Position numbers and translations under genes: made by a program. This document shows positions 29,843-38,800 of a DNA stretch of 64,000 nucleotides, piece after piece. The notes under the pieces are model-generated. The model saw only the letters and a list, made by a program, of their open reading frames with translations, ran no database searches and was not told where the DNA came from. The stretch is from positions 1-64,000 of the IMG/VR virus record IMGVR_UViG_3300023174_000104; one strand, 5' to 3'. This DNA comes from a virus. Position 1 is the stretch's first letter, and the number at the start of each line of letters is the position of its first letter.

Positions 29843-30487
29843 ATGGCTTTGTATCTCAAGGAGCATCTGACATTTGACCGAGCCGGTATGGTTGTTGAAT
29901 CTGTCAGTGAAGGCGACAAGAAGAACCTTTATATGAAAGGGATCTTCATTCAGGGCGGGGTTAAAAACGCAAATGAGCGTGTTTACCCCGTGTCTGAAAT
30001 TGAAACTGCCGTCGGTACTCTAAATGAGCAAATTACAAGTGGTTACTCTGTATTGGGTGAAGTAGATCATCCAGATGACTTAAAAATTAACTTAGACCGT
30101 GTATCACATATGATTACTAGTATGTGGATGGATGGTGCTAATGGTTTCGGAAAGTTAAAGATTTTACCAACTCCAATGGGTGAATTAGTTAAGACTATGT
30201 TGGAGAGTGGTGTGAAACTCGGCGTTTCAAGTCGTGGTAGCGGTAACGTGAATGACTTAGACGGCAAAGTGAGTGACTTTGAAATAGTCACTGTGGATAT
30301 TGTCGCACAACCTAGTGCACCCAATGCTTATCCTAAAGCAATATATGAAGGTATGATGAATATGCGTCATGGTCATAAGTTGTTGGATATTGCAAAAGAT
30401 GCACAGAGCGATAAGAAGGTACAGAGATACCTGAAAGATGAAGTGGTTCGTCTTATCAAGGATCTCAAAATTAATAAAGGGGATTAA
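29843..30487 (+). CDS. gp21: Prohead protease
   Basis: GIFIQGGVKNANERVYP, LGEVDHP, GVSSRGSG, DIVAQPSAPNA. Confidence 0.95.
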   Translation: MALYLKEHLTFDRAGMVVESVSEGDKKNLYMKGIFIQGGVKNANERVYPVSEIETAVGTLNEQITSGYSVLGEVDHPDDLKINLDRVSHMITSMWMDGANGFGKLKILPTPMGELVKTMLESGVKLGVSSRGSGNVNDLDGKVSDFEIVTVDIVAQPSAPNAYPKAIYEGMMNMRHGHKLLDIAKDAQSDKKVQRYLKDEVVRLIKDLKINKGD

Positions 30488-30489
30488 GC

Positions 30490-31590
30490 ATGTTAGATGC
30501 TATCAAACCATTACTTGAGAGTGGATTAATCAATGAAGAAACTGGTGTCGCTATAAACGAGGCATGGGAATCTAAATTGAATGAGGCTCGTGAGCAAGTA
30601 CGTGCAGAATTACGTGAAGAATTCGCAACCAGGTATGAACATGACAGATACGTGATGGTAGAAGCCCTTGATAAAATGGTCAGTGAAGGTCTAAAAACTG
30701 AGATTGAAGAATTTCAGAATGAAAGACAAGCAATGAACGAAGACCGTGTAGTAGCGCAACAAAAATTGCGTGAATCAGCTACAAAATTCAATGATTTTAT
30801 GGTTACTAAACTAGCTGAAGAAATCAAAGAATTACGTAGTGAGCGTAAATTACAAATGGAAAGTCAGCAAAAGTTAGAACAATTTATTGTTCATGCTTTA
30901 GCACGTGAAATTAAAGAATTCACACAAGACAAACAAGCTGTAGTTGAAGCAAAGGTTAAGTTAGTTGCTGAAGGCCGTAAACAACTTGAAGCATTGAAGG
31001 CACGTTTTGTTGCTGAATCTGCTAAGAGATTGACTACGGTCGTTGCTAGCCAACTCAAAGGTGAATTAGGTCAATTAAAAGAAGATATCAAGATTGCTAG
31101 AGAAAATAACTTTGGTCGTCGTATCTTTGAAAGCTTTGCAAGTGAATTCAGCGTCACTCACTTAAGTGAGAAAGCAGAAACTCGCAAACTAATGACACAG
31201 CTAGAAGAAAAAGATAAGAAACTAGCCGAATCCATCAATACAATCAATAACGCTAAGAAGTTGATTGAATCAAAGGAACGTGAAGTTCGTATTATTAAAG
31301 AATCTAATCTACGTGAAAAAACAATGAGCGAGTTACTTGCTACATTGAACGAAGAAAAGGCTACAGTAATGCAGAACTTACTAGAAAGCGTCCAGACACC
31401 ACGTCTACAAGCCGCTTTCGATAAGTATCTTCCAGCAGTTCTAAATAACGGTAATGTTAAGCCAGCTACTAAAGCTAAATTAACAGAATCAGTTATCGTA
31501 GAAGCAACTGGGGATAAAGCTGCCAAACAAGAAGTTGATACAGAACAACGTGACAACGTTATCGATATCAAGCGTCTGGCAGGGCTTTAA
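30490..31590 (+). CDS. gp22: Prohead scaffold protein
   Basis: Coiled-coil Glu/Lys-rich protein between gp21 and gp23; GRRIFESFASEF motif. Confidence 0.8.
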   Translation: MLDAIKPLLESGLINEETGVAINEAWESKLNEAREQVRAELREEFATRYEHDRYVMVEALDKMVSEGLKTEIEEFQNERQAMNEDRVVAQQKLRESATKFNDFMVTKLAEEIKELRSERKLQMESQQKLEQFIVHALAREIKEFTQDKQAVVEAKVKLVAEGRKQLEALKARFVAESAKRLTTVVASQLKGELGQLKEDIKIARENNFGRRIFESFASEFSVTHLSEKAETRKLMTQLEEKDKKLAESINTINNAKKLIESKEREVRIIKESNLREKTMSELLATLNEEKATVMQNLLESVQTPRLQAAFDKYLPAVLNNGNVKPATKAKLTESVIVEATGDKAAKQEVDTEQRDNVIDIKRLAGL

Positions 31591-31619
31591 TTAAAGACAT
31601 AATTTAGGAGAAATATAAA

Positions 31620-32816
31620 ATGTCAAAAGTACTCTTAGAAAGCCGTTGGGACGAGACCAAAGAAGCTCTGTTAGAAGGCTTAAAAGGAACTCGCCGTTCA
31701 ACAATGGGTGTTATTTTAGAAAACACCAAAAAACAGTTACTAGCTGAATCTTCAGCCGGTACTACAACAGCTGGTAATATCGCTACACTAAACCGTGTGA
31801 TTCTTCCAGTTATCCGTCGTGTCATGCCAACCGTTATCGCTAACGAATTGGTAGGCGTTCAGCCAATGACAGGACCAGTTGGTCAAATTCACACTCTACG
31901 TGTTCGTTATGCTCAGTCATTAACAGACAACAGTGCGGCTCAAACTAGCGTTACAGCTGGTCAAGAAGCATTGAGTCCATTCTTGATTGCTCAAGCATAT
32001 TCACGCACTCCAAGTGCTGATGGAACATCTGCATATTATACTGCTAACGATACTGCTGCCCTAGAAGGCAACGGTGGTAAGCAAATCAGCGTACAAATTT
32101 TGCGTCAAGCTGTTGAAGCTAAATCACGTAAGTTACAAGCACGTTGGACATTTGAAGCGGCTCAAGACGCTCAAAGCCAACATGGTATTGACGTTGAAGC
32201 AGAAATCATGGCCGCGCTAGCACAAGAAATTACTGCTGAAATCGACCAAGAAATTCTATTGTCATTACGTACTCTAGCATCTACAGAGTTCACATACAAC
32301 CAAGCTACTGTATCTGGTACAGCTACATACGTTGGTGACGAACACGCTGCTCTAGCTGTTCTAATCAATCGTGTCGCTAACTTGATCGCACAACGCACAC
32401 GTCGTGGTGCTGGTAACTGGGCTGTCGTTTCTAGCGCCGCATTGACAGTATTGCAATCTGCAACTACTTCAGCTTTTGCTCGTACAACAGAAGGTACATT
32501 CGAAGCTCCAACTAACACTAAGTTCGTTGGTACATTGAATGGCGCAATGAGAGTTTTCGTTGACTCTTATGCTCCTGACACAACACCAGTACTGGTTGGC
32601 TACAAAGGTTCTTCAGAGACTGATGCAGCCGCATTCTATTGCCCATACATTCCATTGATGAGCAGTGGTGTTGTTCTAGATCCATCAACATTCGAACCAG
32701 TCGTATCATTTATGACTCGTTACGGGTACATAGAGCTTACTAATACTGCGTCATCTTTCGGTAACGCAGCCGATTATGTTGGTGAAATAGCCGTGCAAAA
32801 TCTTACTTTCCAATAA
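31620..32816 (+). CDS. gp23: Major capsid protein
   Basis: RRVMPTVIANELVGVQPMTGPVGQI, VEAKSRKL, EITAEIDQEI, FYCPYIPL, TRYG; strong SD and biased codon usage. Confidence 0.97.
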   Translation: MSKVLLESRWDETKEALLEGLKGTRRSTMGVILENTKKQLLAESSAGTTTAGNIATLNRVILPVIRRVMPTVIANELVGVQPMTGPVGQIHTLRVRYAQSLTDNSAAQTSVTAGQEALSPFLIAQAYSRTPSADGTSAYYTANDTAALEGNGGKQISVQILRQAVEAKSRKLQARWTFEAAQDAQSQHGIDVEAEIMAALAQEITAEIDQEILLSLRTLASTEFTYNQATVSGTATYVGDEHAALAVLINRVANLIAQRTRRGAGNWAVVSSAALTVLQSATTSAFARTTEGTFEAPTNTKFVGTLNGAMRVFVDSYAPDTTPVLVGYKGSSETDAAAFYCPYIPLMSSGVVLDPSTFEPVVSFMTRYGYIELTNTASSFGNAADYVGEIAVQNLTFQ

Positions 32817-32840
32817 AATTTGGTTTGTTTATTTTGTTAA

Positions 32841-32871
32841 ACAAAAAGGGTACTTGGTACCCTTTTTTGTT
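32841..32871 (+). terminator. Rho-independent terminator after gp23 (possibly bidirectional)
   Basis: aaaaa-gggtac-ttg-gtaccc-tttttt. Confidence 0.85.
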
Positions 32872-32925
32872 GGCTATAGTTAAGTAGTAGTGTATTATAT
32901 TGAATTAACAAACATAAATAATATT

Positions 32926-33672
32926 ATGAACAAATATGAAAAATGGTACGCTGCCATAACAAAACGAGGTCAACATAGACATATTGATGATTATACTGAA
33001 ATACATCATATACTTCCTGAATCATTAGGCGGACCAGACACTCCGGAAAACAAAACAACATTAACTGCAAGAGAACATTTCATATGTCATTGGTTATTAA
33101 CAAAGATATACAAAGACGGTGAAGCACATTGGAAAATGTTGAATGCTATTCGTATTATGCGAGCCGAAAACAAAAATCAACAACGATATTTTACTAAAAT
33201 AACCTCGAGGGTTTATTCTAATCTTAAAAAAGAATACTCACAGTTACAGAGTATTAAATTTTCAGGTTCTGGCAACGGTATGTATGGAAAAAATCATACA
33301 AAAGAAACTAAAAAAACAATAGGAGATGCTAATAGAGGTCGTACTCAACCAATGGAGGAAAAAATAAAACAAAAGTTAGCAATTACCGGAAGAAAACGAA
33401 ATCCTTTTACTGATGAATGGAAAGAAAAAATGTCGTCGGCTAAACAAGGAGAAAAGAATAATATGTTTGGAAAAAACCACACTGATGAAACTAAACAGAA
33501 ACAGCGTGAGAAAGCAACAGGAAGAAAACAATCACCTGAAACAGTTGCTAAAAAATCAGAAGCTATCAGAGGATTAAAGCGTGAAAAGAAACTATGTCCG
33601 CATTGTAATAACGAAGTAGCAGTCAATGGTTATGTAAGATGGCACGGTGACAATTGTAAGCAAAAAGCATAA
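32926..33672 (+). CDS. Free-standing HNH homing endonuclease (family B) with NUMOD3-like repeats
   Basis: EIHHILPESLGG...LTAREHFICHWLL, NGMYGKNHT, NNMFGKNHT, CPHC...RWHGDNC. Confidence 0.85.
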   Translation: MNKYEKWYAAITKRGQHRHIDDYTEIHHILPESLGGPDTPENKTTLTAREHFICHWLLTKIYKDGEAHWKMLNAIRIMRAENKNQQRYFTKITSRVYSNLKKEYSQLQSIKFSGSGNGMYGKNHTKETKKTIGDANRGRTQPMEEKIKQKLAITGRKRNPFTDEWKEKMSSAKQGEKNNMFGKNHTDETKQKQREKATGRKQSPETVAKKSEAIRGLKREKKLCPHCNNEVAVNGYVRWHGDNCKQKA

Positions 33673-33706
33673 ATACAATATCTCAACGGGATGGGAAGTT
33701 ACAATC

Positions 33707-33730
33707 AAGCACTCTTCGGGGTGCTTTTTT
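33707..33730 (+). terminator. Rho-independent terminator with UUCG loop
   Basis: aagcactc-ttcg-gggtgctt-tttt. Confidence 0.9.
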
Positions 33731-33774
33731 GTTGGCTATGGTTATTTGATAAATAGAATAAAGGGTAAGATATT

Positions 33775-34725
33775 ATGAACTTAAGTGGTTTAACATTAAC
33801 AGGTGGGTTTAGTTACACTGCACCCCCTCCTCCCGGCACACAGAAAGCTATATTTGGATATGGAACTACCGGTACAGTAACTTCAATAACCAATCTAGTA
33901 TCAAACACGGGTGTTGTAGCGACAGATACCACAGGAGTAGGTACTGTAAGGCGACAACTTGCAGCCACAGGGTATGGTACAACTGGTCAGGCAATGTTTG
34001 GATATGGTATATTATCCGACGGTACAACATTTACGGCAATAACTAATCTTGTAAGTAATACAGGCGTAGTAGCAACTGATACTACAGGAGTAGGTACTGC
34101 TAGATGGCAACTTGCAGCCGCAGTTTACGGTAGTACCGGACAAGCAATATTTGGATATGGTGGAGATGGCACCGGTTATCTTTCTATAACTAATTTAGTA
34201 TCAAATACCGGTGCTGTAGCAACTGATACTACAGGAGTAGGTACTCAAAGATCAGCACTTGCGGCATCAGGATATGGAAATGATAAAGCTATTTTTGGTT
34301 ATGGTTTTGCTTCCGGAACAGCACAAGTATCAATGACCAACCTAGTAAGTAATACAGGCGTAGTAGCAACTGATACTACTGGAGTAGGTACTGCAAGAAG
34401 TCTTCTTGCGGCAGCAAGTTACGGTAATGATAAAGCTATATTTGGTTATGGTCAGGAATCCGGCGGGATCCGATCATCAATCACTAATAAAGTATCAAAC
34501 ACCGGTGTCGTTGCTACTGATACTACAGGTGTCGGTACTACTAGGGGTAATCTTGCAGCCGCTGGTTATGGAGGGGACAAAGCCATATTTGGATATGGGT
34601 ATGATGGTGCGGCATTAGCCGCAGTAACTAATCTTGTGTCTAATACAGGTGTGGTTGCCACAGATACTGCAAGTGTCGGTACTGCGAGACAGGGCCTTGC
34701 AGCCGCAGGGTATTCAACTAGTTAA
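33775..34725 (+). CDS. Six-repeat (about 47 aa) putative beta-propeller virion/adhesin protein
   Basis: Repeats of AIFGYG...TNLVSNTGVVATDTTGVGTAR..LAA; late promoter motif upstream. Confidence 0.65.
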   Translation: MNLSGLTLTGGFSYTAPPPPGTQKAIFGYGTTGTVTSITNLVSNTGVVATDTTGVGTVRRQLAATGYGTTGQAMFGYGILSDGTTFTAITNLVSNTGVVATDTTGVGTARWQLAAAVYGSTGQAIFGYGGDGTGYLSITNLVSNTGAVATDTTGVGTQRSALAASGYGNDKAIFGYGFASGTAQVSMTNLVSNTGVVATDTTGVGTARSLLAAASYGNDKAIFGYGQESGGIRSSITNKVSNTGVVATDTTGVGTTRGNLAAAGYGGDKAIFGYGYDGAALAAVTNLVSNTGVVATDTASVGTARQGLAAAGYSTS

Positions 34726-34773
34726 TAAAAATTTGTAATATAACACTACCTAAACTTATAAAATATTGATAAT

Positions 34774-35718
34774 TTATAAAGTATAGTCAGTATCAACCGT
34801 TATATCCAATATACTTCTACGTTTTTCTTTTAATTTTTTTTGATGCAATCTATTACAATTAGCACATAGTGTTTTTAAATTACTTTTTTCTTTATTCTTA
34901 TTATCACCGTCTTTATACACTATATCAAGTTGACATTTATCTTCAGGTATAAAACTACATTTTTCACATTTGTTCTTTTTATGTAATAGATAACCATGTT
35001 TTGGATTGTATGCGGCTTTACTACATGTAACACAGTATTTGTGCCATTTAATAAACCCATGTTTACTTTTACCATTACTTTTTGATAATGATACTTTGCA
35101 ATGTTCACATAAAGGTCTAGTGGGCTGTTTAGTAATCACTATACCTGAAGTTCTTGCTAGTATTTTTTGCTTTTTAATTTTTTCTTTTTCGTCTATCTTT
35201 TTCTGTTTTTGTATAGCTTTATTTCGTATTTTTTCTTTTTTCTTTTCTTCCTGTCGTTGTAATGTTAATAATCTTCTTTCATTTTTCTTATCTAAAAAAA
35301 CTTTATCCTTTTCAGTTAATAGTCCATTTTCAATGCGACTATTACGAAGTTTTATAGTATCTTTCATTTTTTCTACAGCTTCTGTAGTAAGTTTTTGTCC
35401 TTTTTTTCGTCCTGGACCTTTGTGACCACCTGGTGCAATATTCCATCCTATATCAATACTAGGTCTTAACTCTGCTTCACGTAGATAGCAAGTATTTTCT
35501 TTATCAGTTAGTATTACTTCTTTGATAATATTTTCCCAACCGTATTTTTTAATAGCATTTACTAAATGTATATTTTTATGCTTATTGGTTTGTACTTGAG
35601 TTATATGAGACCTCATTCGTACATTAAAGTTTTTTGTCACACCAATATAACCATCTGTAGATGGATCTGTGTGTTCTGGTAATCTTATCCAGTATAATAG
35701 TGCAATATCTTTTTTCAT
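34774..35718 (-). CDS. GIY-YIG endonuclease fused to a Zn-finger/degenerate HNH domain
   Basis: LYWIR...GYIGVTKNFNVRMRSH...E...GWNIAPGG at the N-terminus; CEHC, CVTC, CEKC...QLDIVYKDGDNKN...NLKTLCANC at the C-terminus. ATG 35718 is 5 nt after TAAATA. Confidence 0.75.
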   Translation of the reverse strand: MKKDIALLYWIRLPEHTDPSTDGYIGVTKNFNVRMRSHITQVQTNKHKNIHLVNAIKKYGWENIIKEVILTDKENTCYLREAELRPSIDIGWNIAPGGHKGPGRKKGQKLTTEAVEKMKDTIKLRNSRIENGLLTEKDKVFLDKKNERRLLTLQRQEEKKKEKIRNKAIQKQKKIDEKEKIKKQKILARTSGIVITKQPTRPLCEHCKVSLSKSNGKSKHGFIKWHKYCVTCSKAAYNPKHGYLLHKKNKCEKCSFIPEDKCQLDIVYKDGDNKNKEKSNLKTLCANCNRLHQKKLKEKRRSILDITVDTDYTL

Positions 35719-35838
35719 GCATATATTTATAATAAAAAAGATTTTTTGAGTGCTTTTACTCAACATAAAATGGTGTTTTATGGAATACTTCTTTTATTTT
35801 TTTGATAAATATATTATAACAATTTTTCAGGATATTAC

Positions 35839-38800
35839 ATGGCAGCAGATGAATTTAATTCGTTAGGTGGGTACTCGGTAAATATACCACCTATTACCGT
35901 AATTGATGAAAACGGTAATGTAGTTACAAACGTATTAGCTCCTGCAGGTAATGTTGCTGTGGCAAGAATTTATGCCGCAAATTACTTTTATGCCAATGGT
36001 GTACCATTCAATGCAGGTGGTAATCCATACGGTCCAAACGATAGTGTTCAGTTTAATAGTAATGGTGCATTTGATGGTAGTGCAAATTTCACATTTAATA
36101 ATATTACTCAATTATTAACTGTTCCTAGTATAAATGTCTCTGGTTTAAGTAATTTAGGTAATATAGGAAATATTACCATTACAGGTGGCACTGCAGGATA
36201 TCTGTTAACCACTAGTGGCAATGGTGTGTTAAATTGGACACCTCCTAGTACTGGTTCTGCTATTAGTAATGGTACAAGTAATTTAAATATTACTACAGTT
36301 AACGGTAATATAGTTGCAGGTATTAATGGTGTAGCAAATGTATTTTCTATAACTAGTGAAGGTGCTATAACGTCCGGTAATGTAATTGCTGGTAATGTTA
36401 AAACTGACAACTTGTTGTATGCTAACGGTGATCCATATGTATTTACGACTAATGCTGCCGGTAGTAACACCCAAGTTCAATTCAATAACAATAATGCATT
36501 TAGTGCTAGTGCTAATTTTACTTTTGATAATACTACTAATACATTATCAGTAACAAATATAATATCAAATGGTGCTGGTTTATCAAATATTACTGGTGCA
36601 AATGTTACTGGTCAAGTTGATTATGCAGCCATAGCTAATAGTGTAGATGTAGCCAATGTAGTAGGTATAGGTAATATAGCTACCATAAATTTAGATGGTA
36701 ACGTTAGTAACATTTTACGTGGTGACGGTACTTGGGGAGCAGAAGCCGGCAATTTAAATGCAAATTTTGCAAATTTTGCTGGCAATGTAACAGTAAGTTC
36801 TCAGCCAAATATCACAAGTCTTGGTACACTTGTTAGTTTAACTGTTGCAGGTAATGCAAATATAACTGGAAATTTAGCAACTCAAGGTACTATAGTATCT
36901 AATGCTAATATAACCGGTGCTAATTTAATAACTAGTAATGGAATTTATGCGAACACCGCTACTATTACTGCTAATCTTACATCAGGTAATGCTAATTTAG
37001 GTAACTTGGCTACTGCTAATTACATAAATGTATCACAACAGTTTAATGGTAATGTTGCCAACTTTAGCGGTAATGTAACATCATTAAATGCTAATTTAGG
37101 TAACTTGGCTACTGCTAATTACATAAATGTATCACAACAGTTTAATGGTAATGTTGCCAACTTTAGCGGTAATATAACAGCATTAAATGCTAATTTAGGT
37201 AATCTAGTTACTGCTAATTATGTAAACGTTTCAAGTAATACAATAACAAATAATTTAACTGTTAATTTAGCGTTAAGTGGTAATACAGCCAATTTCACTG
37301 GTAACATAACAGCATTAAATGCTAATTTAGGTAATCTAGTTACAGCCAATTATGTAAACGTATCACAACAACTTAATGGTAATACAGCCAACTTCACCGG
37401 CAACATAACAGCATTAAATGCTAATTTAGGTAACTTGGCTACTGCCAATTATGTAAACGTATCAAGTAATACAATAACAAATAATTTAACTGTTAATTTA
37501 GCGTTAAGTGGTAATACGGCTAACTTTATTGGTAATTTAAATGCAGGTAATTTAAGCACAGCTGGCACTGGCAATATTACAATGTTTGGCGGAAATATCA
37601 ATGGTGCTAATGTAATTACTGCTAATATTTTTAGTGGCAATCTATCAGCAACAACTGCCGAAATTTCTGGCAACACAACAACAAATAATCTAACCGTTAA
37701 TTCACACATTTCAGCTAATACTGCTAATTTCAGTGGTAACTTAACAGCATTAAATGCTAATTTGGGTAACTTAGCTACTGCTAATTACATAAACGTATCA
37801 CAACAGCTTAATGGTAATGTTGCTAATTTCAGTGGTAACTTAACAGCATTAAATGCTAATTTGGGTAACTTAGCTACTGCTAATTATGTAAATGTATCAA
37901 GTAATCTAATTGTTAGTAATTTAACAGTTAATTTAGAGTTAAGTGGTAATACAGCCAACTTCACTGGTAACGTAACATCTTTAAATGCTAATTTGGGTAA
38001 TCTAGTTACAGCCAATTATGTAAACGTTTCAAGTAATACAATAACGAATAACTTAACTGTTAATTTAGAGTTAAGTGGTAACACAGCTAACTTCAGTGGC
38101 AACATAACATCATTAAATGCTACCTTAGGTAATCTAGCTACTGCTAATTATGTAAATGTATCACAGCAACTTAATGGTAATGTTGCTAATTTCAGTGGCA
38201 ACGTAACATCATTAAATGCTAACTTAGGTAATCTAGCTACTGTTAATTTTATACAAACCAATGAGATATTTAATGGAAATAGTAATGTTAGAATAGCTCC
38301 AAATGGTAATGTAACAGTTTCTGTTACTGGCACAACAAATGTATATACTTTAAGTAATGTAGGTGCAAACATTGTTGGTTATGTGTCAGCGAACGGCAAC
38401 GGAACATTTGGTGCATTATATTCAAATACGTTAACATCTCAGGCTGGCAATATAACAATATATGCCGCACCGGGAAATAACTATGTTGAACTACGTCCTT
38501 CTGGCAATGGTCATGTAGATGTTGCCAATTATAGAATTCAAAATTTAGGGACGCCTGTTACTAGTACAGATGCCGCAACAAAACAATATGTTGATGATGT
38601 TGCTCAAGGTTTAAACATACATGATGCCTGTCAGGCAGCAACATCAACAACTTTGAATATAATTACTAGTGGTACTGTTGCATATAATAATGGTGCTAGT
38701 GGAGTAGGTGCAAACTTAGTAACAACTGGATCATTTAATTTAATAGATGGAGTAAATGTACAAACTAGTGGAACACGTATTTTAGTTAAAAATGAAGCTA

